Positions 40,458-49,192 of a stretch of DNA of 64,000 nt are shown here, piece by piece. Every line of letters starts with the position of its first letter. Position 1 is the first letter of the stretch. The notes under the pieces are model-generated. The model was not told the origin of the DNA and searched no databases. It worked only from the letters and a program-made list of their open reading frames with translations. A program made the position numbers and the translations under genes. The stretch lies in IMG/VR virus record IMGVR_UViG_3300019458_000020, positions 124,001 through 188,000 of that record; one strand, given 5' to 3'.

Positions 40458-40748
40458 TTGATAAACTAAAAGTATAGCCGCGGTTCTGTTATTTCAATCA
40501 AACATTTATCTCAGATTTTCATCTGGTTTCTTACTAATAGAAACTGCTCCAACCTTGTCTTGATACCGAATAACTCACATTCTCAGACTTTTTAGGATTG
40601 CTGCGGATTTGTGGTAATAACGCAATTCAACTCTTTATAGACTCGGCCCGGACTCCGAATTGCTCCCAAACAACGAGTTAAGCAGCCACGAACTTCCTCT
40701 AATCACAGGTTTTACTGTGACCAGCGTTTGATTCTTTTAATCAATCAA
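40458..40748 (-). ncRNA. rnpB: Ribonuclease P RNA (compact bacterial-type)
   Basis: CR-I GAGGAAGUUCGUGG and CR-V AACAGAACCGCGGCUAUA form P4 with the bulged U. Also P2 AAUCAAAC/GUUUGAUU, P3 UGGUCACAG/CUGUGAUUA, P5 CUGC/GCAG, P18-like CAGAU-GAAA-AUCUG followed by AGAUAAAUG, and a terminal P1. Confidence 0.85.
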
Positions 40749-40932
40749 AATTACAAAGAACTTTATCTGTTCATCCATTTACAATAAACGGCTATAGGCC
40801 AAAATAGTAAATGAATAAAAAAACTACAAATCATAACATACCACGTCTTATCAAAACGATAAGTTTCATACATGGCAAATATACACCATAACATACCAAA
40901 AGTCAAATAGATTAATAATAAGTTCATAAAAT

Positions 40933-41007
40933 TGGAGCCTCAGGAGGGAGTCGAACCCTCTTTTCTTCATTACCAATGAAGTGTAATAGCCGTTATACTA
41001 CAGAGGC
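40933..41007 (-). tRNA. trnT: tRNA-Thr(GGT)
   Basis: TT-GGT-AA; GCC/GGC acceptor; CCA. Confidence 0.92.
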
Positions 41008-41013
41008 TTAAAA

Positions 41014-41268
41014 TTATTCGGATTTTTCTCCGAATCGTTGCACACCTTTTACGGTAGCTAATCCCAACGTTAAAGTAACGACATTCGTTGGAATGTCAAC
41101 TAATTCTTTTTTTCTAATACAAGTAATTGTCCACAATAAACACAAAATTACTATCCAAAGAGATAACACCATTCTAATAGTAGAAAATCCTCCTGTATTA
41201 TCTTCGAGAAAGGTCCACCACTTTACTTTTTGTTCAGTATCCGTTGAAGCTTCTTTTATGTCACTCAT
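41014..41268 (-). CDS. Small two-TM membrane protein (holin-like)
   Basis: GGFSTIRMVLSLWIVILCLLW...VVTLTLGLATVKGVQRF. Confidence 0.5.
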   Translation of the reverse strand: MSDIKEASTDTEQKVKWWTFLEDNTGGFSTIRMVLSLWIVILCLLWTITCIRKKELVDIPTNVVTLTLGLATVKGVQRFGEKSE

Positions 41269-41269
41269 A

Positions 41270-41434
41270 TTATTTAAGTATTTTCAAGACTAATTTTGAT
41301 TTTTTGAGTTTATTTTGTGTTTTTTCAAATTCTTCCTTACTCACATTCTTTTTAAAATTGTCACTATTTAAACGTTTTTCCAAAAAGGAAATATAATCTT
41401 CCTCATGTTTAATACGCTTTTCTTTTTCATTCAT
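41270..41434 (-). CDS. Small basic hypothetical protein (54 aa)
   Basis: Manually read MNEKEKRIKHEEDYISFLEKRL...KILK*. Confidence 0.45.
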   Translation of the reverse strand: MNEKEKRIKHEEDYISFLEKRLNSDNFKKNVSKEEFEKTQNKLKKSKLVLKILK

Positions 41435-41440
41435 AAATTT

Positions 41441-41518
41441 TGGTGGTCGTGGTGAGATTCGAACTCACACTGTCAACGTTCTCAACGTTGTGCCTGCTGC
41501 CAGTTGGGCTACACGACC
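41441..41518 (-). tRNA. trnL: tRNA-Leu(GAG) with short (5-nt) variable loop
   Basis: CAACG TTGAGAA CGTTG ACAGT; CCA. Confidence 0.88.
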
Positions 41519-42394
41519 TTAACTAATCTTAACAACATGTAAATCTCTTATAGCTAATTTCGCATTAACATTGCTACATGTCCAATAAAAATTAACGGTA
41601 TTCAATATTCCTAAAGTAGTTTCTAACATTGACCTCACTGTAGTTCCGGACTGTCCTCCCAAATTAATACTTGAAGTAGTATCTACAAACCATTTTTGCC
41701 ATGTAGTTTGAGGACTTCCTTGACCAGAAAATAATCCTGGAAATACTGTGACAGATTGAAGACCTGCTAAAAATATGCCGCGAGGAATATTAAATTCCGA
41801 ACCTGTTGCCGTTCCACCAACAACATCTCTCCATGCTACAACACTCATTGAATAATTATTCGTTCCTCCCTTTTTAATTTCTACTCCATGACATTTCCAA
41901 GGATATCCAGCTAAACTAGCCGATGGGTGAGACGGTGAATAAACAGTATCATATCTTGGTACGTATGTTGTTGTTCCTGAACCACCAACGAATGACCCTG
42001 TAATGACTGTTTGTGTCCATTGATTTGAAGTCCATGCTTGTGTACTTCCGGTCGGCACAGTGGTTCCAGCTTGTACTCTTGTGAGAGTTACACTTTCGGA
42101 ATTACTTGGGTCAGCAACAATTGATAAACCCATACAATGTGCATCGCCAGCCACCTTGTAACCTCTATTTTGACTAGAAATTCCTGCAAAATATTTAAAA
42201 TTTGTGAGACTTTCACTAAAATTTGTGCCAACGATTGTTTCTCTCCAATACATTCTAATGTGATTCCAACTAGCAGAATCAGGAATAGTAAACATTCTAT
42301 AAAATTGTTCTCCGGGGTCTAACAAGAGAACGTCAACCGACGAACTTACAGAATTCGTTAATTCGTTCATTGCAAATAATGTAGTAACTCTCAT
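41519..42394 (-). CDS. Ser/Thr/Gly-rich putative virion protein (related to 2801-3937)
   Basis: FYRMF..P.SASWNHI...W; beta-rich; VNFYW. Confidence 0.5.
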   Translation of the reverse strand: MRVTTLFAMNELTNSVSSSVDVLLLDPGEQFYRMFTIPDSASWNHIRMYWRETIVGTNFSESLTNFKYFAGISSQNRGYKVAGDAHCMGLSIVADPSNSESVTLTRVQAGTTVPTGSTQAWTSNQWTQTVITGSFVGGSGTTTYVPRYDTVYSPSHPSASLAGYPWKCHGVEIKKGGTNNYSMSVVAWRDVVGGTATGSEFNIPRGIFLAGLQSVTVFPGLFSGQGSPQTTWQKWFVDTTSSINLGGQSGTTVRSMLETTLGILNTVNFYWTCSNVNAKLAIRDLHVVKIS

Positions 42395-42397
42395 ATC

Positions 42398-43225
42398 TTA
42401 AATAAATTTCATAACAAAATCGCTCACGTCCAGTGTTTCATAATATCGTGGCCAAGAGATAAATGCTCCGTCAAAATATCCGTTTGACGACCTACTAAGA
42501 GGCAGAGAATTTACCGAAGACGATGCATATCCTCTTGATATTAAAAATCCTGCTGCTGCTTCCCACGTCGAAAAATTCATTGTACTTGCCAAATATACAG
42601 AGGAAGATACATCACTAATAGAATCGGCCGTTTGTGGTGCTAAACATTGAAATGTCCACAAATCAGGAACTACGCTTCCTGTTCTCATTCTCACTATAAA
42701 CATATTCCTACTACCTTGTGGATAAGGAGTTACTGGAATTTTTTCCACAAATCCAGTACCATCCAGTTGAGAAGAACTATGACTTCCTGTTACCATTACT
42801 CTGATTGTGAACCTATTTTGAATATATGATTCCGTTATCGATGAACCAATACTTTGTGTTTGTTGCATCGACCAAGTATTTTCTCCGAATTGATTCTGAG
42901 CAGAAAATCCTACGGCAGCATAATGTTGTGGCTGTGCAGAACTACTAACACTTCCCGTTTGTCCAAATACAAACCCATCCGTTCTACAAACTCCTGCTAA
43001 AAATCTTGTAAAATCATTAGGAAATCCATTTGAATTGACTCTATTCCAGTTCCAAGCAGTAGTTATTCTCCATCTAAAACCGATCCACACTTCATTCCAT
43101 GAACCACTAGGAAAGAGAGAATCATTAAATTTTCTGACTAAAACCGATTGACCACATTTTAGGTAGGTATCATCAATAGAATTAACGGTTCTAGTATTTA
43201 CAGACGTAATGGATGAAGTAATCAT
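42398..43225 (-). CDS. Ser/Thr/Gly-rich putative virion protein (related to 2801-3937)
   Basis: LVRKF...SGSWNEVWIGFRWRI; FLAGVC..DGFVFG; DGAFISW. Confidence 0.5.
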   Translation of the reverse strand: MITSSITSVNTRTVNSIDDTYLKCGQSVLVRKFNDSLFPSGSWNEVWIGFRWRITTAWNWNRVNSNGFPNDFTRFLAGVCRTDGFVFGQTGSVSSSAQPQHYAAVGFSAQNQFGENTWSMQQTQSIGSSITESYIQNRFTIRVMVTGSHSSSQLDGTGFVEKIPVTPYPQGSRNMFIVRMRTGSVVPDLWTFQCLAPQTADSISDVSSSVYLASTMNFSTWEAAAGFLISRGYASSSVNSLPLSRSSNGYFDGAFISWPRYYETLDVSDFVMKFI

Positions 43226-43228
43226 ATA

Positions 43229-43642
43229 TTAATTTCCTCCCAGCGATTCTCCCCAACCCCAACCACCAAATGTTCCAACAGGATTACTTCCACTGCCATA
43301 AAAACTAAAATCATCTACGGCGATAATTAAAGGAAAATCTTCATTGGATGTAGGAATTCTGATTTGCCAAGCCGATTCCCAACCATATCCTCGGTTTGCT
43401 GGATCGGAACCAGATGTGTAAGCCTGAAAAGTATCGTATGGTCCGCCAACGTATGTAGAACCACTTAAATCGATTAATGAATCATCAATTACAGGAGCGG
43501 AACCTGTTTCTACTGAAGATGTTCCGGCACTAGCAACGTCACCGCCTGCCATTGCACCAGCATCATTAAAATCAGAATAACTAGGTATATTTACAAGATA
43601 CCTTTTCCCGTTCTGGATCTTTACCATTCGTATCACGAACAA
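43229..43642 (-). CDS. Small protein with two D-F-x-x-Y-x-SGS...G-x-GW motifs
   Basis: YDTFQAYTSGS...GYGW and DDFSFYGSGS...GGWGW; the same motif occurs in 2801-3937. Confidence 0.5.
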   Translation of the reverse strand: MFVIRMVKIQNGKRYLVNIPSYSDFNDAGAMAGGDVASAGTSSVETGSAPVIDDSLIDLSGSTYVGGPYDTFQAYTSGSDPANRGYGWESAWQIRIPTSNEDFPLIIAVDDFSFYGSGSNPVGTFGGWGWGESLGGN

Positions 43643-43682
43643 TACATATAAGAAGTGAAACGATTTGGAGTTTAAAAAAAAG

Positions 43683-43757
43683 TGGTACGGGTAGAAGGAT
43701 TTGAACCTCCGGCCTTTTCCGTGTAAAGGAACTGCTCTTCCACTGAGCTATACCCGC
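43683..43757 (-). tRNA. trnV: tRNA-Val(TAC)
   Basis: TT-TAC-AC; canonical arms; CCA. Confidence 0.93.
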
Positions 43758-43763
43758 ATAAAA

Positions 43764-43841
43764 TGGTCGGAAAGACAGGATTCGAACCTGCGACATCTTG
43801 CTCCCAAAGCAAGCGCTCTAGCCAAGCTGAGCTACTTTCCG
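43764..43841 (-). tRNA. trnP: tRNA-Pro(TGG)
   Basis: TT-TGG-GA; CGG acceptor; CCA. Confidence 0.93.
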
Positions 43842-43850
43842 ATATTAATA

Positions 43851-43879
43851 ACTATAGTTGGGTTACACGTAAATGTCAA
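43851..43879 (-). promoter_or_regulatory. Sigma70-like promoter TTGACA-17-TATAGT
   Basis: Direct read; just upstream of tRNA-Pro. Confidence 0.75.
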
Positions 43880-43992
43880 TCAAACATTTTTACTTGCCTT
43901 GTACTTTGGCAAACGCACTCACTCTCCATCATTCTTATTGGTGATCAATCCAATAGTTGTTCAGCATCGTGAGCCTGCTGACTATAGTTAAA

Positions 43993-44727
43993 TTAGAAAA
44001 AGTTTTTAGGAAATTTATGTGTTCTAGCGTAACGAAGAATAGTTAATCGAAATTTTTCCTTATCCTTTTCTTCTACTTGACCACAACCACAAGCGACTTC
44101 AGCATTAGACCAAGAATTAGATTCTAAAGAATTTCCATTATATTTCTTATCACGATAAATTTGTTCTCCATATTGAACAACCAATTTTTCGTCGAATCCA
44201 AGCGAACGTCTTCCTTCATTTTTTCTTTTTCTTGAAAGAGTTTGAAATCGTTTGATACGAGCTTCATAAGACCGGCATGTATCAAGAAGAGTATTGATTG
44301 TTTTTTCCTTTTCTTGACATTCTACACAACGATTCTTATAAATTTCTTTACAATCCTTACAATCCGCCGTTGGTGGGCGAATCGCTTTATATGTTGGGTG
44401 TTTCTGACACGTATTTATGTGCTCCTCGTCATTCAATTCATGAAGATTCTTCACCAAGACTTGTAACCATTGTTCATCTTCTTTAGAAATCGGTGCATCG
44501 GATAAGTATGTTACTCCGTATGGAACATTTTCACCACGTTTCCATGTATCCAAAACCATTTTACGAAATTTTGGTTTGACCTTCTTTAAATCTTTTTGTT
44601 GTAAACATTTTTTAACTGTAGTCGTGTCAGTATGACTATCCAACACTTCTTCCAAATGTTTTTTAGCATCCTCCATCCGATTCAATGCAAGTTGAATGTA
44701 ACCTTTATTCAAATCTACGTTTTTCAT
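43993..44727 (-). CDS. Hypothetical protein
   Basis: 244-aa ORF with C/H-rich segment C.KHPTY..IRPP...C..C. Confidence 0.6.
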   Translation of the reverse strand: MKNVDLNKGYIQLALNRMEDAKKHLEEVLDSHTDTTTVKKCLQQKDLKKVKPKFRKMVLDTWKRGENVPYGVTYLSDAPISKEDEQWLQVLVKNLHELNDEEHINTCQKHPTYKAIRPPTADCKDCKEIYKNRCVECQEKEKTINTLLDTCRSYEARIKRFQTLSRKRKNEGRRSLGFDEKLVVQYGEQIYRDKKYNGNSLESNSWSNAEVACGCGQVEEKDKEKFRLTILRYARTHKFPKNFF

Positions 44728-44990
44728 AATCTATTTTTTGGAAAATGTGTGTAAAATAATACAACTAACCAAGACAATCCTTCTACACCATAAACCGCAG
44801 CAATAATTGGGTCAAATCCGTGACTTAAAAATAAGTAACAATACAATAATATTACTCCCATGAATATTGGCCAAGAAGTAAGTTTTGGAATATAGGTGAA
44901 TCCCTGTTTCATTGCTTGAACAGCACTAGGTATTCCGGCCACAGCGAAACAACCACCCCCTAAAATTCCTAGTATAGATATTGTATTCAT
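44724..44990 (-). CDS. PQ-loop/SemiSWEET-like three-TM membrane protein
   Basis: LGILGGGCFAVAGIPSAVQAMK (PQ-like P-S), three hydrophobic segments. Confidence 0.55.
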   Translation of the reverse strand: MNTISILGILGGGCFAVAGIPSAVQAMKQGFTYIPKLTSWPIFMGVILLYCYLFLSHGFDPIIAAVYGVEGLSWLVVLFYTHFPKNRL

Positions 44991-44994
44991 AATT

Positions 44995-45465
44995 TCACCA
45001 CGTAAATTCTACGTATGTTAGATTTTCCATCCAACTACAATATTCAATACTATTACTTTCACTGTAGAGATATTCACCCATATTATCAGTCTTCATTCCT
45101 TTAACGAAGATTCTTGGAGAGAATTTTTTAAGTTCATCAACAATGGCTTTCATGTGTATAACATTGTCAGTAGAATATTCAGAGAGAAATGTCTTGTTGA
45201 ACTTCCCTCTATTATAAACGTTGCCGGTGAAATCTTTAGGATTATGGTAAAGACAAATTCGGTATCTATTTCTTCCTCTTCTAGCTGCCTCTTTGATTTG
45301 ATCCACATAAAACGAAACATCTTTCAGTTCTTTGATTTGTTCTCTCCTTGCGTTTCGTTCTTTAACTAAAGATTCTTTTTTCTTCTTAATAAGATTTAAT
45401 GTGATTCGTTTCTTGGAAGACGCGGTCAGATCTTGAATATCATTTAAGTTTGGTATTGTTTTCAT
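44995..45465 (-). CDS. Hypothetical protein
   Basis: ORF track; co-oriented. Confidence 0.6.
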   Translation of the reverse strand: MKTIPNLNDIQDLTASSKKRITLNLIKKKKESLVKERNARREQIKELKDVSFYVDQIKEAARRGRNRYRICLYHNPKDFTGNVYNRGKFNKTFLSEYSTDNVIHMKAIVDELKKFSPRIFVKGMKTDNMGEYLYSESNSIEYCSWMENLTYVEFTW

Positions 45466-45920
45466 ACTAAATCTTTCAATATGTCAGATAATTCTTCTTC
45501 TAAATCCACATATCTTTGAAATTCGTATTCACCGAAACCAAAACGTCGTTCTCTATCATCAGAAGACAGTGACAGACCGGGGGTTTTCAAAACTGCTCGC
45601 TGAGAATAATATTCTTCCTCAGGCGATTCATCAGAACCTCTCCACGTTCCGAACCAATCATCATATTTTAGAGAAAATACGAATATATCATTATGACCAT
45701 CTTTTCTTTTAATAGACACAACTCCCTTATTTACAGTGAGTGTTCCTAGTTTTACTGGTTGACCGTCAAGAGGAGATAAAATCTTGTTGATTGCGTGGCG
45801 AATTCGTTTTTCAAGTTCATTTCTACTTTTTTGAATTCGTTTCGACCTATTACGTTCTTCATCCATTGCATCTTGTTCCTTTTTGGATTTTTCTTTGGCT
45901 TTATCGAGAATGCTTTTCAT
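45462..45920 (-). CDS. Hypothetical protein
   Basis: ORF track; co-oriented. Confidence 0.6.
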   Translation of the reverse strand: MKSILDKAKEKSKKEQDAMDEERNRSKRIQKSRNELEKRIRHAINKILSPLDGQPVKLGTLTVNKGVVSIKRKDGHNDIFVFSLKYDDWFGTWRGSDESPEEEYYSQRAVLKTPGLSLSSDDRERRFGFGEYEFQRYVDLEEELSDILKDLV

Positions 45921-45965
45921 GTCCAGAAGATAATATAGAAATAGGGAAGGTCAAATTATAAAAAG

Positions 45966-46039
45966 TGGTGGGCAATAATGGATTCGAGCCAGTTTCTTGA
46001 GTATGTGACACTCACGTTTTGCCATTAAACTAATTGCCC
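45966..46039 (-). tRNA. trnV: tRNA-Val(CAC)
   Basis: TGAGT GTCACAT ACTCA; CCA. Confidence 0.82.
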
Positions 46040-46148
46040 ATGATTGTTGTGACGGAATTCCGTTATGTCACCGTCTCCTGCCTCGAATCTTATTAGACTT
46101 GCTATGGAACCGTGCTATTTTACGTCTTTTACACTAAACAACAAATTA

Positions 46149-46496
46149 TTAACATTTCAAACCATCGAAGTCATCCATTGCTTTCCAAAAAAGTTTTACG
46201 GATTCTTCGGTTTGATGTTTATCGATATATGCCGACCAACAATAATAACAATCATTATTGGGAGGATTTATCATATCATATTCATTATGTTTTTGGCAAT
46301 GAGCATTTTCACGTCGTAATCTTTTACAAGTTTCAAATTGTTGATGAACTTCTTCAGGAGTAGGTGGAGGAAGTTTTCTAAGAGCTTCCATTCTTTCAAT
46401 ATACCATTGTGGAGGTCCAATAACCTTTTTATCATCAAACATCGTATGGATTTCTCTTCCGTCTTCGGTGAATTCTCTTGGTTTTTGTTCACTCAT
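46149..46496 (-). CDS. Hypothetical protein (start reset to MSEQKPREF)
   Basis: The longer ORF overlaps tRNA-Ser(GCT); C..H and CYYC motifs. Confidence 0.5.
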   Translation of the reverse strand: MSEQKPREFTEDGREIHTMFDDKKVIGPPQWYIERMEALRKLPPPTPEEVHQQFETCKRLRRENAHCQKHNEYDMINPPNNDCYYCWSAYIDKHQTEESVKLFWKAMDDFDGLKC

Positions 46497-46508
46497 AACA
46501 TTAAAAAG

Positions 46509-46599
46509 TGGCGGAAGGCAGAGGTCCCGACCCTCAAGCTCAATTAAGGCTCCCACAGTTTAGCAAACTGGTCCGGTTCCCCGACACGGTTTACCTTCC
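46509..46599 (-). tRNA. trnS: tRNA-Ser(GCT), T-loop GTCGGGA
   Basis: TT-GCT-AA; long variable arm; CCA. Confidence 0.85.
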
Positions 46600-46604
46600 A
46601 TAAA

Positions 46605-46707
46605 TTTTGTTACCTACCGAGATTTGAACCTCGCCCAATGTTCGACGACATTATTTTTATACCGTTACTCTTCCCTTCGGAGTCTTTACGGGCCCTTATC
46701 GGTAACA
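46605..46707 (-). ncRNA. tRNA-like structured element (T-loop, 6-nt pseudo-anticodon loop, non-tRNA closing stem)
   Basis: TGTTACC/GGTAACA closing stem; AATGT-CGTCGA-ACATT; CGAG-GTTCAAAT-CTCG. Confidence 0.45.
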
Positions 46708-46713
46708 TTAAAA

Positions 46714-46801
46714 TGGCGGAAGAGTGAGGTCCCGCCCCTCACACCCGAAGGTGCATACTGATTTCAAGTCAGTTCCGGCACGCTTGTCCGGTTACTCTTC
46801 C
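46714..46801 (-). tRNA. trnS: tRNA-Ser(TGA), T-loop GGCGGGA
   Basis: CT-TGA-AA; long variable arm; CCA. Confidence 0.85.
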
Positions 46802-47049
46802 ATAGGACCGTATGGTCCAAAAAAATCTTTAGCAAAATTAACACCAAAACTACTCTTTGTCAATCCACCTTCTGGAGAAATAGCAATTAAATCGAATGGA
46901 AGATGTTCGGATAGAGGCAAAGCAATCTTTACATCTTTCTCAGTTAAGTCGGCAATGATCTGAGTCAATCCGATATCTCCTTTATCCTTAGTAATTACGT
47001 TCTTCACAAATTCAAAATCCAGAAATTTCCCAAGCATTATACAAACCAT
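46792..47049 (-). pseudogene. Truncated PD-(D/E)xK homing-endonuclease fragment (PDDEXK_5/I-Ssp6803I-like N-terminus)
   Basis: TKDKGDIG..IIADL......PLSEHLPFDLI; lacks the downstream Q-x-K catalytic motif. Confidence 0.55.
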
Positions 47050-47172
47050 CCATTGATTCTTGTTCTGCTTGTCTTATTTCATCAAGTTCTTCTTCCGACA
47101 TATTACATCGGCAAGAACCGTGTTCAAATCCACAATCATTACAAATAATTGGAGACTCAACATAAAAATCAC

Positions 47173-47370
47173 TCATAATTTTACCAAATTTCCATTACAG
47201 AGTTCATACAACCAAGGAACTCCATCGTTTGTCTTTCCTGACGGTAAATATGCTTTATGTTTATAATAAATTTTACCACAAGTTTCACAAACACAATCAC
47301 CGGAAGTTCTATATGACTTCAATATTCTTTCATCTTCTTCTGGTGTCAACTCTTCAAAATTATCCATCAT
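47173..47370 (-). CDS. Small Cys-containing hypothetical protein
   Basis: CVCETCGK...LCNG; ATATTTAT motif upstream. Confidence 0.55.
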   Translation of the reverse strand: MMDNFEELTPEEDERILKSYRTSGDCVCETCGKIYYKHKAYLPSGKTNDGVPWLYELCNGNLVKL

Positions 47371-47490
47371 AGATAAATATCAATTAAAAACCATTTTACA
47401 AACACAGTTGATACACAAAATCCAGAAAATTGATAAAACAATCAAAACTAATGCGATGCTCATTCCGATTATAAAATTTCTCATGACTTA

Positions 47491-47519
47491 ATTATAATCT
47501 TGATTCATCCGTTTGTCAA
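47491..47519 (-). promoter_or_regulatory. Consensus sigma70 promoter TTGACA-17-TATAAT
   Basis: Direct read. Confidence 0.85.
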
Positions 47520-47851
47520 CTTCCTATTTTTATACTGTCTTCTCTGGCTTGGTCAATTGATGAATTAATTAACATATAAAGATTGACAGGGTGGAAACCA
47601 TCCAACCAAGTCTTGCCGCCACTTATATGGAATTGTTCTGCGCTCCAGTGATGAACTTCACAAAGAGTTATGCCGTTTGATAAAACGTAACCACCATTAG
47701 GCATTTCTTTACGGTCTGTAATGTGATGGGCATCCAAATTTTCGGTCTTACCACATATTATACATTTATGGCCGTCTCTTTTGAAGACTGCCTTATTAAA
47801 CTTCTTTCGAAGTTCTTTATGTAGTTGTTTGTTTGACATACTCCATCTCAA
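47516..47851 (-). CDS. HNH endonuclease
   Basis: VFKRDGHKCIICG...LDAHHI...NGITLCEVHH. Confidence 0.85.
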   Translation of the reverse strand: MRWSMSNKQLHKELRKKFNKAVFKRDGHKCIICGKTENLDAHHITDRKEMPNGGYVLSNGITLCEVHHWSAEQFHISGGKTWLDGFHPVNLYMLINSSIDQAREDSIKIGS

Positions 47852-47997
47852 ATTCTTTCATTTTTTCTAAAACCATCTTTTCAGGCAATCCAACCAAGGA
47901 CATCATTTGTTCGTATGATACAATAGACATCCAAGGATGATATTTGGCAAATGCCGGTCTAAGGTTTTTATAATATTTCTCTTCGTTACTCATAAAT

Positions 47998-48073
47998 TGG
48001 TGCTCCCAGTAGGATTCGAACCTACAACCTTCTCGTTAGGACCGAGATGTTCCTCCAATTGAACTATGAGAGC
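47998..48073 (-). tRNA. trnR: tRNA-Arg(CCT)
   Basis: TCTCG GTCCTAA CGAGA; CCA. Confidence 0.88.
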
Positions 48074-48204
48074 ATTTTCAGTAACAGTTTAGCTTTTGTT
48101 TAACTGGTGTAATCTCCGTGTGTCAACCTCTGTTACCCGATAGTAAACTTTTCCTTCCTACTTCATTACGCTTCAGTCGGCCATATTTTGAACTACCGTT
48201 GAAA

Positions 48205-49071
48205 TTATTGAACAAACATTCCACACGATGCTTTAACATCAAATCCAACACGAGGAATAACTTGAACTTTTGTATTAAATAAAAATCTATTTTGAATCAT
48301 TCGAATATTTCGTTCAATGACATTTGCTGAACTTTCTTTTCCCTGTTCTGCTGAAGCTGGATTGTAACGGACCAAATTAAATTCGCAAACAAGGTCATGT
48401 AAATGAATAGCATTACAAATGTTATCAATGTCTTCCTCAGAATCGTTTTCTCCAGCAATAAACGGAAAATGTATTTTCACAACCTTTTTTGAAAAATCTT
48501 GATATTCTCGGAGCATTTCCAATGCTATATATGGTTCCATTGCTGATGGCATCCATTTCTTTCTCCACGCCGGGTTTGTTGAATATAATGAGTAATAAAT
48601 CGTAGGAGTGACATAGTTAAAAATCTTATTCAATGGTTTATTCAATGTCATTGGCATAATAGTTGATACATTGAATTTGGCAGGAAGACCTTCATCTTTA
48701 GCAATCTGACCAAGTTTGGAGAGTAATTCATCTCCATGATTCAAAATGGTGTCGTTTGCTAAAGCTTCACCCCGAGCCATAAAATTATAATGCATGTATT
48801 TAGCAGGTTTCTTTTGCTTTCTGTAATGCTTGAATACTTGAATGGCTTGTGCCATGAAATCATTATGACTGGAATCAACGAAAGAAGTCTGACCCGTTGC
48901 GGTCAAGTGACAGAATGCACACCCTCGATTACATCCGGTTTGAGAAGAAAGATAAGCAATGAAATAATCATCCGTTTTACGGACAAATCTTGATTCAAGA
49001 AACCCAACTAATTGTTCTTCAACAAAATTGACAGAAGAATCTATCTGGGAATTTAATTGATTGATAGTCAT
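48205..49071 (-). CDS. RlmN/Cfr-like radical-SAM RNA methyltransferase lacking the N-terminal domain
   Basis: LSSQTGCNRGCAFC; FMARGEA (cf. MGMGEP); GENDS; NLVRYNP; DVKASCGM (cf. DIxAACGQL). Confidence 0.8.
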   Translation of the reverse strand: MTINQLNSQIDSSVNFVEEQLVGFLESRFVRKTDDYFIAYLSSQTGCNRGCAFCHLTATGQTSFVDSSHNDFMAQAIQVFKHYRKQKKPAKYMHYNFMARGEALANDTILNHGDELLSKLGQIAKDEGLPAKFNVSTIMPMTLNKPLNKIFNYVTPTIYYSLYSTNPAWRKKWMPSAMEPYIALEMLREYQDFSKKVVKIHFPFIAGENDSEEDIDNICNAIHLHDLVCEFNLVRYNPASAEQGKESSANVIERNIRMIQNRFLFNTKVQVIPRVGFDVKASCGMFVQ

Positions 49072-49077
49072 CCTTAT

Positions 49078-49106
49078 ATTCTACCTTATAAATACTTTTT
49101 TGTCAA
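49078..49106 (-). promoter_or_regulatory. Sigma70-like promoter TTGACA-17-TAGAAT
   Basis: Direct read; upstream of the RlmN-like gene. Confidence 0.75.
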
Positions 49107-49116
49107 AGTAATAAAA

Positions 49117-49192
49117 TGGAGCCAGTTTCGGGAGTCGAACCCGATACGGAAATAAAACCGTGTCACCGTAGGTTTTAGCGTCACCAGACTCC
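49117..49192 (-). pseudogene. tRNA-like 3' half (T-arm plus CCA) without canonical D/anticodon arms
   Basis: TCGGG TTCGACT CCCGA AACTGGCTCCA. Confidence 0.5.

Noticed and set aside
43900-43990. Riboswitch (fluoride/SAM-like) upstream of the tRNA-Pro promoter
   Set aside because: Only two simple hairpins; consensus ligand-binding nucleotides are not present.
49117-49192. tmRNA tRNA-like domain
   Set aside because: No G3.U70 acceptor, no tag reading frame and no pseudoknot region.
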